A DNA stretch of 64,000 nucleotides from Botryllus schlosseri (Eukaryota): assembly GCA_051294905.1 (NCBI GenBank), contig CM119374.1, positions 20,584,001-20,648,000 of the forward strand, read 5' to 3'. Below are positions 12,766-26,500 of this stretch, piece after piece (the stretch's first letter is position 1; every line of letters starts with the position of its first letter). The notes under the pieces were generated by a model, which made no database searches, was not told the origin of the DNA, and worked only from the letters and a program-made list of their open reading frames with translations. The position numbers and the translations under genes were made by a program.

Positions 12766-15700
12766 CTATCTAACATCACACCTTCCCACAAAAAGATTAG
12801 AAATTAGACACTGCACTTGGACTGGCAGAGAAATCAATTTTACTACGGTCTTCAGCGAAGAACCTTTTGGGTAGGTAGTTGCGCGCTGTGCACGATCTGC
12901 TGATACAGCGGCTTCAGTCCAAACTCTCCAGGACTCCAGCAAAGCGTCGGTCGGCACAAAATCCTCTCTGTTACCGTTGAAGAGGTTTGCAATCACGTGG
13001 GTGTAAGCGTGTTCGACAGTTGTATTAGGAACAAACGCGCTGCAATGAAATAGGATTAGTCAAAAGCAGTTATTACTGGTACCTTATCTAAACAGATGTC
13101 GTGAATAGGGATAGAAAATTTGAATCGGAGCAGATTCGAATCAGAAATCGAATTTCTACATTTTTATTGATCGAAATTTCGCCATACAGTACCTTTCAGA
13201 GCCCCGATTCTATACTTCTAATTCAGTAGTTTTTATATGCCTTGAAATTCGCGCCTACTACTAGCCGAGTACGATCGATGTCTGCTTCGCCTATGGATGC
13301 AACTCAATCACAAGTACAAGTTACGGCCTCCTAGAGAGGTGGTCAAAGTAGTCAAGAAAGCTACTCAAGTAGAAGTAGGAGCAAAAAATCTACTCAAGTA
13401 CGAGTAGAAGTACTTCTTTCATGAGCAGCCTAAAACTACTTGAAGTAGAAGTCGAATTGACTGACTTTAAATCTACTCAAGTAGGTAGTTGTGAAAGCGA
13501 TCGTAATTCGTTCGCATGGACTGTCAAACGCTGCAAATGGCGCTATGCGGACGGTGTAGAGAGCTTGATTCATATTGATGCATCCCAGGTGTTAATTTTT
13601 GACAGAATATGCAGTCGTCCACATCATGGGATGTAAATCATAGTATTGCGATACTAATCCTTTGTTGACTCGAAAACCCGGTTTTAGGGAACATCATGGC
13701 ATGGCGCCCTCTCCCATATCATAAGGCCCCTAGTTCAGTCGAAGAGCAACACGGAGAAGTTGTGTCGGATACAACTTTAACACTTTCCGCGATTAGTATA
13801 CGTTAATTAAAAGTATGGACGATCGTAAAATACCATATAGTGTATAAGGAAAGTATAAGGCATTACTACACTTGCTTTTATACTTCAACATGTATGTTCT
13901 CCGGACAAAAGAACTGAAACTATAATTAGAACTCAACGCATAATACTCGTAATTGAAAGAAAAAGAAAAATATTTCATGACTTTTGTCCAGAAAGTTTCA
14001 ACGGTGGTCTGCTAAAACAGGTCTAACGATAAAAAAAGTGAAAGCCCACTTATCCAGATTAAGACACGTCATGGGCTGCTAGGTATAATAGGTAATTGCT
14101 AGATTGCGAAACGGTAGTTTCAAACGTTATGGGGGGCCACACTTACTGAGATGAAATATTTGATAATGGCGACAATGCGGTGTGAACGGAACCATGCAAC
14201 CCGGTATCTAAGTTATATTCAGCGATACTTTCGTTAAAACATATCTGTCACTCCACTGTGCGCGAAGCGCAACGAAAATTCTGGGTATGTCATAACTTTT
14301 ATGAAAATTAAATGTTGATACTACTTGAACAGCTTAGAAATTCCTTAGGCTATCTTTCTTATTGGGGGATTACACTACTTCTACTTAACAAACTGATAAG
14401 TAAGCGAGTAGTTCACAAAATATTACAAAGTAGAAATAGTGAAAAAAGATGTACTTGAGTAAGTAACAGTAGAGGAAAACTACTTGAGTACTTCGATAAA
14501 GTAGAAGTACTTCGTTACTGACCACCTGACAAAACCATTTCAAGTAGAAGTAGAAATTAAAATGTCTGAGAAATAATCGAGTAAGTAAAGTTAAGAAGTA
14601 GAAGATGGCCAGACATTTGTAGGTTGATGGGCAGTACCAGTTTTCAAGATTGCCTGGTCCATCTTAGCGACTTAACACAAAATGTGATTCCGGGATGAAA
14701 ACAGGCGAGACCTTGAAATTATAACCTGTCACCTTCATGCAAGGACTTTCTAGTGGAGTTGTCCGACAATTTCGCTCACATACATCACCCGAGTTTATCT
14801 GTATACTTGGTGTTAATGGACAAATTTAAGCTGATGTACTTCGTTACTGAACAATGAACATTCATGGATCACAGATGCTTGGAATTGAAGATGGATCTAG
14901 TTTCGATTTTGACCCCTTTCGGAGTGGAAAGCAAGGTCCGTTAGTCAGTCCACAAGAAATTACTTACACGAAACACTGTCCTTTCTGCCCGAATATTGAT
15001 ACGTTTTCAAATTTTTCCGTTTCAATCCATCCAGGCGGCAAATAACTCTCAGAAACCGGCAGTTCACGGCTTATCAGCAAGGCAGGAGAAGTCATATCGC
15101 CATGACATCTTACAAACACGATCTGTGGTGTCGACCCACAAGCTGAACATGGAAATGAGATTTTGTCGTCGCCTGTACTGCTCAGAATGTTAACAAGAAC
15201 ATACCATCGATTTTCCTGCTATTTGACGCATTTCTTCTGAACACAATACGGACGTAGACGTTCTTTTGCCTCATTTGCTTTCCGGAAGTTAACCAGACTG
15301 GCACGTTTTCCCATTTAGGACCCGTTATGCGTATGCGAGCTCCTAAAATACATGCGGGAATATCAGAGGCGGTCACTAATGAAGTACTTCTACTTTTTCA
15401 GAGCACTCGAGTAGGCTTCGCCTTCTTGTACTACTTACTCAAGTGGTTTTGCATTTAGGCTACTACTGGCTTACTTACACTTTTATGCAAAGTAGAAAGT
15501 AGTTTTAGGATGTGCTTGCATTAGTTTTGCCTGTGAAATTGTCATGACAATTGTGTGAAACAGCCCTCGTGTCATTATATCTGAATATATTTTCAGAACT
15601 TGTGCCTGCTTGTAGTGCCATTACTCGGTCTGCATCAGTCGCAAAGATGCACTCTGCAATTCCTAAAATATCCACCTCCGATCAACTGCTAAAAGCACGC

Positions 15701-18700
15701 AATCCTTGACTAAATCTGATTTTTGGAACTAATAGAGTACTTTTCTTAGTAGCAGGCTCCTTACTTGAGAAATTTTCTACGATAATTCTACTGAAGTGCC
15801 AACGCGATCTACGTTGAACACCTCCGATCGCTTTCTACATTCTGTGTCTTGAGAGGATGAAGATGATAGTGATAGACCCCCACCCCCGGCGATATTGCAT
15901 CGATGAAAGTGACCAGATTGAAACAGATACTGGAATTCTTTTCCAGCGGAACTAATCTGGGTGTTTATCGGGGGAGATAGCGTAGTGGTGAGCATCAGCG
16001 CCATTCAAGCACTAGGCATGGGTTCCATTCCCACCACCGGAGGTTATTCTGGGCTCCTCGTACCCTATGTCCTTGTTCTTACCGCGACAAAAAAGACTTG
16101 ATAAAGAAAGAAAAGGAGCAAGAAATAGCTTCCAATTATAAGACCGACGAAGAAAGAATAACATCGAAGAAGACTGTGATATTGGGCACTAGGTCGAGGT
16201 GGACGCCAGTTCAAAAGACCCCAACTGGAAGGCCGTTCGGCATCCCCCTATCCGTTCATTAAATCGCATTGTAGATTTTGTGTCTTGGGCAGATGAAAAT
16301 ATAATCTGTCCATTGATTGCACTGCATAACCAGAAAATTGGATGTCGATGCCTTTTAGCTTACTTGCAAAAGTAGCGAGAGATGAACCCTTCTTTCTAGT
16401 TTCCATCGAAACTTCCTCGGAGTATCCTGCGAAAGCAATGGAAATTTCCAGAAGCCATTTTACAGGCAAACCCGTTACAACAGATATTCTATTTTGGCAA
16501 CGCCATGATATCATTGTTATCACAGAAAATTGTATATTGATAATTCTGGCATATCAAATCTGATTTGTAAGAAAAGTTGTTACTATCCATTAGGCTTCGA
16601 ATTGGGCTGAAGTAAGTCCTACCTGACTCAGATATGACATGAGCATCGATGCAGGATAAGAGCAAATTTGGACCATGTATGAGATCAACAACGAGTAGGC
16701 CTAACCATCACACACTTGAATACAATTTCGCATAATAACAATCAGGTATTCAATTTGAAAGAAATTACAAACCACTTTATATCAACTCGGTTTATCGCTC
16801 AAAAAAATTAAAATTAATGACACTAGAGCACCAAGACCTACCTTTGTACTGAGCTAGTTGCAGATCTTCCAGAGTCACCGTTGAAATGTTTTTCATCAGT
16901 TGCAATCGAGATTCTTCGCTTGTCATATCTCTCGTCACGAGACAAAGGACTTCCGTAAGATGGTTCTGTAACATGTCCCGCACAACTCCCGATCTGTCAT
17001 AATACGATGTCCTTCCTGCAAAGTATTCAGGTATTTAGACTCAGGAAATATTTTGACTCGGGCACAATAATAGTCCAGCTCGTATTCCGATTCCGGTGGA
17101 GTGAGAATTTTTGACCTCTTGCGACTAATTTTGTTGTAAGTTGTAACCCATTTTTGTTGTGACTTATTTCTGTCCTTGATATTTTTGCGGCATATACACT
17201 GACTCATGATATTCATACACACGATCTGTGCATATGCATACCACGAGTGCATGATGTGCATATGCCGATGGACAAGAAAGATGCAGATATACTTTGTCAA
17301 TGATCGTTACTGTTTTGATACTTTTCTGCCACTTTGTTTGAAAACGTTGGGCGACCGTATCAAAGCATCCAAAACACGTACCGAAATCACACGCTATGCA
17401 TTTTCACAGAAATAACATCTATCAGTGGACTGCGAAGTAGTGAACGACCCTGAGCATTGCCACCTGCAGTTGTAATGTGTGAAATTATTTCTGATCAAGA
17501 GTAACAAGGCAGTATTTTATGGCAGTCCCGTAAAAGATACATGTATACTTGAACTCTCAAATGTTTTTTTGTTTTATTGCATAAGGCAACGTTGAGTAAT
17601 GCTTCAATACTCGACTCACAATCGAACCCCTTGGGCACCCTTATTTTGAGCAGTTCTACTTAGGAAGAAACACTAACATAGGGTTACTATATTCTGGAAT
17701 TCTGAAAAAGAGGACACTTTTTCAAAATTTTCAGACTTACAATTCTGGAGCAAAATCCGAAAAAAGTGGTCGGTTGACTAAAAAAAAGGTAAACTTTCAG
17801 CACCCAATATAGCCGCCAGAGCATTACTATAGTGCTTATTTAATGTACCTCAGTCGAATTTTACCGTATATGCAACCAAAATTCTTAAAAAGAGGACAAA
17901 ATCTCAAAAAGGAGGACATTTGGGTTTTCTACTTCCTACTAGACAAAATTTAAATAGAAGAAGTATTTTGCTTACAAAAATTCAAAATATGAACCGCTTG
18001 ACATAAGAAGTGTTGAGAGGCAAATTATTCAGTACATGCTATCTTTTTACGCGGTTCAACAACATCAATTCATTACTGATCAAGTGATCATCCATAACCA
18101 ACAGGTGACGATAAGCAGGGCTTTGGAGTGGGAGCAAGGAGCAAGATGTTTGTAAATATCTCCGGCTCTGATGTATTTCATAAGATGCGATAATATTACT
18201 ATATTGCCCTTTTTGGGTCACTTTATCTACGTAACCACAGTGCTGTGGATTTGACAGCGGAGCAGTCACATTTCCATAGCTGTAACTGATGTTACTGACT
18301 ATTGAATCACCCATTTGATAGTATTCCCTCAAGTATTTAATCTAGCCGGAGCAGTGGTATCAATGAGCTTCAGAGCCAAATCATTTAACATTTGCACCTT
18401 CTCCAAAGCCCTGAGCCGCCCCCTGACCATACGTGTAGAATTGAATAAAAATACTCGCCTTGACATCCGACTGTTTCAACGGCAGTCACTTCTATACGCT
18501 TCACATAACGCTTGTTCAAAAGACGTTCCAAATCCGGGTTCCTAGCTCGGAAGTCCGAAATCTGACTGATGGTAGCATCCGAAAGGAAGTGGTCAACCCT
18601 GTATAGGTAGATTTCACCAGCTTTCAATGGCAATGGTAGTGGTACCGTGTAGGGATGGTCAGGTCAGTAATGAAACACTTTTATGGAGCACTGAAATTGG

Positions 18701-20455
18701 CTACTTTCACTCCTTACATTTAGACAACTTCCACTATTACTTCAACAGTTTATTTAGGCAAAACGACTTACATTTAACACTTTCGATTTTGAAAATTAGA
18801 CAGTAGTTCTGTGATGACTGTCACGGTAACTGAATATATTTTCGAAAATGGTATCTGGTAGGGTTACCACATTTTGGAATCAGGAAATGAGGACAATTTT
18901 TGAAAATGATAACAGTTAGTTTACCGAAATTGAAAATAGCTGATTTTGAAATGTTTACCGGAAATATTGTGTTGACTAAAAAAGGTCATAACTTTGACTT
19001 GACTCCAGCATTACCCACTTATTTACAATGTTTGTGTTGACTACAAAGAAATAGGTAAAACTTCTGACTCAGCTCCCGAAATACCCGTATTTTACGTTAA
19101 TTTTGTGGTGTTGACTAAAAAAAAAGCTATCATTATGATTCGGCTCCTGAATGACCGACTCGAACGTCCGCATTACCTATTTCCAGTTGACCCTGTCCAT
19201 TAGCCTAGCTGTAAATGCTGTAAAGGAGGACATTTAGGCGTCCTTGGACGACATTTCCAATTCCTGAAAAGGAGGACAAATCAGCCTGATGAAGGACGTA
19301 TGGTAACCCTAGTATCGGGTGTCCATTTGTGGCGTCATTTTTGGCATCCATGAAGACGCATCCTGCAATTCCAAAAATATCCATTTCCGATCAGGTACCC
19401 TACTATTTTTTTAAATAATTTGAGCAGCTCTTAGGCATTCTATAGTTACTACTGTCATTTCAAGGAGTTTTGACATGTCTTTGAAATTGTAATTTGAGTA
19501 TAATTTACCGCGTTACATACATCTACTTGAGTAGCAACGCTGACTACTTTGACCACCGGTGGTGCTGTGATAAATTCATTACATAGGCATATTATATGCA
19601 GGCTACTTTCACAACGTTGAGCAATGATTGTTAATGTAGTAATGTGAATCTGGCAATGTATATTTCACTCAACAGTGAACAGTTTTTTTTAAATTGACCT
19701 GACATGTTACTTAACATGCACAAAGGTTTGGTGATACATGCAGCCACCTCGATGCTGCAAAGGATATTTAGCATTTACAAAGCTACTTCTTCCTAAGCGT
19801 AGCGGAATTTAAACTCTTCTTCACATTGAACAAGCCAAGAATCAAGAATCCAATAGCTGCGGGCTACTTACCTATAAATTTGCTTTTCAGACAGATATTT
19901 TGCCAGTAAATTCGACAGCGACAATGAAGATTGAAAATCTGTTCCAAACGGCTTTTCAAAAGCAAACTTGAAGTTTTTTGACGAGTCTGTGATGTTGCAG
20001 TGGCTCGCAACTGATTGAAGTATCCCTCGATATGCCACAGGCGGGACAGATAGATAGAATATGATGTTTGATGAATTCAAGTTGATCCAAGTACATAGTC
20101 TTTTATAATCAGCGTCATCTTTCAAGACTTCATATTGACACCGTGACACAAATTCACTTCGATACTTTAAGCATTGGCTGTCACTTTTATCACAACGTAT
20201 GGATTCGGTGACAATTTCCTGGAATGCTTGATTAGAAACTTTGGATTTAGCCCCTCCATATAGCGAGATATCTGTGATATTTCTTTCTTTTTGAGCCAAA
20301 ATATACAGGGCATTCCATAAATACCTTTTCGCCAAGTCACCCGTGGCACCAACCACAATGACGTCCAATGTCCGCAAGTCGGCTGCTATTTGTGGTAATG
20401 TCAAGATACATGCAAAGATGGCAAGAAAAATCAATTCTTTAACGCGCATATTCAT
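12766..20455 (-). CDS. H6PD: Hexose-6-phosphate dehydrogenase-like (ER-luminal G6PD paralogue), 7 exons, 515 aa, G6PD domain only. Exons: 20455-19872, 18598-18459, 17015-16842, 16426-16364, 15342-15205, 15142-14968, 13039-12766
   Basis: Signal peptide, GATGDLAK, FEKPFG, RVDHFL, GRTSYYDRSGVVRDMLQNHLTEVL, KWENVPVWLTSGK, HGDMTSPALLIS, LLESWRVWT. Exon lengths sum to 1548 nt in frame. All introns are GT-AG except intron 2 (GC-AG). AATAAA on - strand at 12641-12646. Confidence 0.92.
13336..14528. mobile_element. DNA-transposon-derived element with AAGTAG/CTCAAGTA subterminal repeats (H6PD intron 6)
   Basis: Ends (G)AGGTGGTCA / TGACCACCTG with dense AAGTAG arrays at 13340-13480 and 14380-14520. Related fragments at ~15365-15510 and 19520-19558. 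No clear TSD. Confidence 0.55.
15970..16254 (+). mobile_element. tRNA-derived SINE (H6PD intron 4)
   Basis: Pol III A box TAGCGTAGTGG (15978-15988), degenerate B box GGTTCCATTCC (16021-16031), followed by GGTT.TCTGGGCTCCTC core shared with the copies at 51390 and 52126, then a purine-rich body. Confidence 0.65.
17679..17930 (+). mobile_element. Truncated TAGGGTTAC-family hAT MITE
   Basis: Starts TAGGGTTAC, has GAGGACA subterminal repeats and the TTGACTA(A)nGGT module; similar to 18859, 42863 and 59470 copies. Confidence 0.6.
18859..19311. mobile_element. hAT MITE, TIR TAGGGTTACCA (H6PD intron 1)
   Basis: TAGGGTTACCA / TGGTAACCCTA; flanks GTATCTGG / GTATCGGG (7/8 TSD); GAGGACA repeats. Confidence 0.8.
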
Positions 20456-23400
20456 TCACGTTGTGTTTTAAAACATTGGATAGGTTCCCATTTCAGAGAC
20501 AGACATCACAATACCGATCCCATTCGAGATTGTTTCTGGTTTCCATAAAGTCGAAAACCACAGCTAATCGTACTGTATCGTAACTCGTTTGATGGACAGC
20601 GCAATAAAAGTTCTGACAGAAGAAATTGCCACAATGTTAGGTTTTACTACAACCAAAGTACCTGGATATAAGCATTCTAGCTTGATAAAATCATATTTCA
20701 TCTGAGGACGCAGCAAAACAATGCGATGAATTGCAGCAAAACCTTGCAAAACGATGGTAGATGATGCATAACTAAAAGTGAGCGAAAACGTCCTCTAGTG
20801 ACAGCATTCATAGCAAGATTATAAATGGAAACGGAAACATTTCAGGGTTTTGTATCTAATTCGATATGTTTACTGCGCAACTTAACGCATCAAACTTACT
20901 AAAACTAGCCGGGGCCGGGTGAATAAGATCTATATAGAATGACAAGTTAGTTAAACAAATGCTCCAAGACTTTCACTAAGATAGAAATGCACGCATTTCG
21001 GGCGCGCAGTGGTTGGGTTATAGCTCAGTGGTTTACAGTGGTTCGCACACGTTCCTTCATCTTCATTTTGTCTGTTTTGTGAGGGTGTATTTTCAATTGT
21101 TTCCACTGTTGCGAAAACAAAATGAATTTTATGGAGGCTAAAGAAAACTAAAGAATATTTTCCGTAGCGTCGAAATTGGAGACACAAGAACATATCGGCA
21201 TGCCGACACCGGCAGACGAAATTATAATATATACAGTTGCGAATACATTGGACTAGTTAAGGCCCACGATATCCACTACCCCCCACTGCTACAATATTTG
21301 AGGTGGCACGTTGAAACTTTTGTCCCAGGATCGAGGGACTAGGAGTCTAGGATTACTAGTACTACACCATCAAGTGACTGACTGCGACACTACAATAGAT
21401 AAATCACCATCTGGCCGATCCCGATGTCGTTCCTTGCTGCCCTGTTAATCATTATTTGTCCAAGTCGGATACATGCAGTGCAGAAAACGCAGTAAATTAG
21501 AGTTATCTAGATCGGCATATTTACGACATGCCTATGTTTGCTTTCCAGACTCGATATCGCAATTAGCCGAGACATGGTGGTGATGCGAATCAGATATTAT
21601 ACCCTTCATTTTTCAGGCATCATTGGTAGATAGCAGTCATGTTAAGGTCGAAGGTTAATTATAACTGCGGCACGCTGCGCTACGATAAGAATCAGCTGCT
21701 GAAAACCGGCTACTCTGAAAAGATCATCGAAATGGTGGCTACAATAAATAGCACATCAAAGGTATAGCGAATTACATTCAATCTCACTGACTACGCTTTT
21801 ATTAGTTCATTCAAATCATGTTCAGTCAAATCATTCAAATCATGTTCAGTGTTGCCACAGTGTGACGGATAAGATGCAGAAAAGTGCTTGCTAGTGAATT
21901 TCGCTATATCAAATATATACTTGATGAAAATCGCATCGGTGGGAGCGAGAGTGCCGCAGCTTGAACCAATGAGAGTGTGATCTAAAATCAAGTGTGACAA
22001 TAATGTTGTGGCGACTGCATATAAGAGAGAGCGACTGATTTTTGGGGGATTTTGCTTTTGATAACACCGCAGTACACATCTACACAGTACACAAGTGCAT
22101 TATTTTCGATACAGTGCAGAAGTACATAAGTAACCTACGTAGCGAATGCGATAGCTACGTTCACCGCGTGATAGCGCTATCGTGTCTTACTAATTGTCAT
22201 GTGGCCGACTGACCTACATAACGATGATCTCACAAGTTGCGCGAAGATAGCGTGATTTATAGCGCTCTGGCAGGCCGGCCCGTTTGGACATTCCAACGGC
22301 CAAATTAATGAGATTTCATACGGAATGCTCCATCGCATCAGAACACGCTTTTATACTATCTCGAGTATCTCATAGTATGGAGTAAGGGTTGATCAAGAAA
22401 GGAATATTAATGTAATTCGTTGTACATTGGATCGGTGATTGCAGTGCAAGCGATGAGCATTGAGCATATTTATATATATTTATTATAGGAAACTAGTTCT
22501 AATCAATGTGGCGAACATAATCGTTGATTAATGATCATATGCCCACAGATTTTGAAATCGGCAAGCTGCTTAGCCCTTGCATAAGCTCAAAATCCTTTAC
22601 CATTACTCCGTGTAATACCCGTGTCTCTGTCGTGATACTATTGTGTCTCTTATCTTTATAACATGTTAAATGTTGACGCTGACCCAATAGACGATTGAAG
22701 CTGCCGTGGGTACGAATACCTTTTTGTATTCAATTCAACTGTATACTGTTTCTTCGCGAGAATGGCTGTTTAATTCATTTCGCGAAATACTACGAGATTA
22801 TGGTTCACGTTCGAATTACGTTTTAGACAGATTCAGTCCAACGGCATCATGTTGAATCTTCGATAAAATGCTGAGTGTGAATCGTAGTGAAGTGACCACT
22901 CGCTGCGAGAGGTAATCTGATTTGTATAATCAGAATTGTCAAGACTAACCTTTGGGGTATAGCCGTTCAAGCGGAAACTGTCTGTAACACAAAGTGATAA
23001 CAGTTGGCAAAAGTAGGGCGGTAATATGTTAGCTGCGCTGCAGATATCAGATAGCGTGTAGTGCAATGTGTCGAGTGCGAGTACAGTTGAAGCTTGATGT
23101 ATCTACCTACGTATAGCAGAGCGATTTAAATCGTGACGTCGGTTCGTGGTCATTAGCTGACTCTGGTTCATCATAAGCTCACGAGTAGCAGTTCAGTGTT
23201 GCTACTACAGTAGATCACATCGAGTACGCTCTTCCATCTAATCGATCTTGTGGATCTGATACCGCTACCTATGTTCAAATCATTAGGGAATATTCTGTGC
23301 TTTTTGGGAAACGTAATCGCACCGAATCTAATATAATTTGTGAAGTAATTTGTAACGCCTCCAATTTGGCGACAGGAAACGTAACATCATCGTGGCCAGA

Positions 23401-23590
23401 GGGCATCTTTGGTAGTGGTTATATGCACTCGATTCGTAACTGTGATTACAGCCCGTGTGTGATACTGTTTAGTCCAGACTCGCATAGTCACTAGACCGAA
23501 ACCTTGTCTAAATTAGTGTTTTTTGGCGATACTGTTCGTAATATTTGTAACATATTTCACAGAAACTTGGCTTACAGCGCAAATATTGTA

Positions 23591-26500
23591 ATGAAGGAGC
23601 CTTGTTGGAAATACGCCATATTCTGCTTTCATCCCAAGTTCGACACGGGGACGTGGACTATAACAGCTGCTTTTTCCACAGTGGTGAGTTGGTGTTTTCA
23701 ACAGTGTTGCTATAATTGCTTTCCGCCCTTTGACATGCTTTGGATATGAATGCCTGTGACACCGTGTTCACTTGTAATACTTCACGCTATTGACCGTGAA
23801 TGTGTATCGCTTCAGTGTTGTCAGAGTCATAACTGTCATACGTATGAATGTATTTTATTTACCAGTCTAATCTTAGGCACAAAATAATAATAACAATAAC
23901 GATAAAAAGAGTCATTGATATGAAATATAGAGTTCGTGCCAAATGTATTCGTTGCATGACAAGATTGGATTTCTAATTTCGCTAGCTATAACTTCAATTC
24001 CGACAATAAGATGCGTATAGTGAAATGTAATTTCGATTTATCGAGACGTGGCTGTCGATTTTATGAATTATGACGCAGCAGCCGTACTCCGTCTCAAGGA
24101 TTTATGACGGGCCGTATGAGTAATCATCACCTGCGGGTAAAGTAATGTTGGTTTTAGTAATTTCTCATTCGACCTGTCTCCTTACTTTCGTAAATTATGA
24201 CACACCCCAAGAAGTTTACTTTGCCCACGGTTGATAGCGATATACATGTAGTCACAGCTCAATACCAATAGAGATTTAGGTCATCAGTTCAGTTGTATAG
24301 TTTCATGCAACGCGCACATTATGTTCGTATTTTCAAGAAACCCTTTGTACCATCATGATATCAACTCATCTAAACCATGTGTTGCCCATGGTGTCCTATC
24401 ACTAGCGCAGCCGAGCGCTATTGTCTTGGATTACAATGAACAGCATCCTGGGCAATTGTTTTGGTGTATGGTAACACTGCGATGCCGTTATGTCATGAAA
24501 TATCCGACATTTCTCTGATCACTTCGATTACAAAACGCGGTAACTATTACAAGTTTTGCGCAACTATATTATGTTACCATTACTGAAGAGTAGTTATGTA
24601 TGTCGGCGTTTTGTCTGTACCTGTGGATTGACGCGATTTGCGCCTTCTAATACAATGAATACAACGGAACAGCAATACATTCGATTATTCCAGACTTACA
24701 TTATGATTGTTCAATACTCACGCGCGTGATGACGTACCTCTACTCGTCCGGCGTCCGTGCAATTAGCACTCGAGTAAAACGTTGTTCCACTCGGCCACAT
24801 GACTTTGTGAATGTTGATTATCGTTACATACTTACATTTATATCACGGGAGGTCATATTAAGCTGAAGTGTGTTGTAATTCAATAGACCGTAGTTAACTT
24901 TCATGGAATAATTAAACGTTGTAATTTCTGAACGGAAAATACGTATCACGAGCGCATAATATGGGTCTTATTTCATTACGAAGGTATATTTTTGATTCCC
25001 ATGACCCGGTGTGTAGCATAGCAAGCATACCTGCAGAACACTTCGAAAAGCAGCCAAGCGACGCGCGTTTATAACTGTATAGTACACCTTCAATAAGTTA
25101 TATTCTGCGTTTGCAATACGTATCGGTTTTCGTGTGCGTTTCTGTAATCCTATCTGGCTATGTTAATCGCTTGATTTGTCGCGGCGTTCGGTTCATCAAC
25201 ATCATATTACTAACGAAATTCGTTGTATGTGAACGTAACATTATTGATGTGCTTGGGATTGGAGCTGGCCCGTTTAGTTTTCAGTGGACTTGTTATAAAT
25301 AGGAATAGTAATTCCAAATTATCTGAATGGGAGCTAGTGCTTGAAATACTCATTCAATCAAGTTTGTTCTTGGTTATGCTTTCACATAATCCGTTTCACT
25401 GCGCAAAGTACACCAGCTGGCAGCTATCGCAAGAAATTGCCTTCAATGTCTACTCGGTGATTACCTGATTATCGATATCATGACGCGTGACCGTATCATG
25501 TAAAACGCAGAGACCGAAGGTCATTAAGCGATACGGATTTGAGAAATGTTTGTAAACATTAACACCGCGTGGGAAATTAAATCACGGAGGGCGAGTCATG
25601 TCGCCTTGACTACGCGACTTAGCTCAGCTCTATTCGCCTCGCCGCGTCCGAGTCGGATTTAGGCCATCCAGCAATCAATGCCCAGCGGACTAATTTTTGT
25701 GATTCTAAATCAAGATGTATTTCTCAAATTCCGACGACTTGAGCGTGTTCAGTGAAGTTATTTTGTTACGAATTCCTGTAAGATTTGTTGTGAAATTCCA
25801 CAAGACATGTTTAACATATGAACAGTTCATTCGATTGGGGTCGCAAACTCGTATATTTGGACTATCAATCGTGTACGGAATCAATACCCTTTGCGCCGCC
25901 AATGAATGCAAATTTTTGTACTTGTTTACGACGTTTCGTTCTACACTTGCGCAATCAATTATGACGAAACATTAAACGCAATACATACGCTCCGATGGAT
26001 ATACTGGTAGATGAAAGTCATCTGCTGCCGCTAATATAGTACATCCTGTGAATGAAGCTGTTTATGTTATCATGCTGAATGAGCTGTACAGTGTACAATC
26101 GCTCGATGTAGAATGGCCCGAGGACAATTGATCCGTGAAATTAGCAGTCAACATGGCCCTGCTAAGATTTCGTGACTTACCAGCCTATTAATAACGTACA
26201 GAAATTTCCTGTTCGCATCCTAATTAATACTTGGTGTAAAAAGTCAAGGTCGTAAAGACGGTCCAGAACAGCTACAATCAAAATGATACATTTTAATTAT
26301 ATGGGCGGCGTGGAAATGATTTCCACTGTACTGTACTGTGCCGATGTCGTACATAGAATATTTTTGAACATCATTGATTTTGCGAGTGGTACTGGTCTTG
26401 TTACCATTGTCTATGTATCGTACCTCGGAATTCGCAGCATTTGTTTTATGGCGTTAGTCAAAATGTTCAAATATGCTATCCACATTCGAATACATCTCGA

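Noticed and set aside
21817-21852. Short tandem duplications (also ~35868-35903 and ~39631-39669)
   Set aside because: Two-copy 18-21 bp slippage duplications with no further structure.
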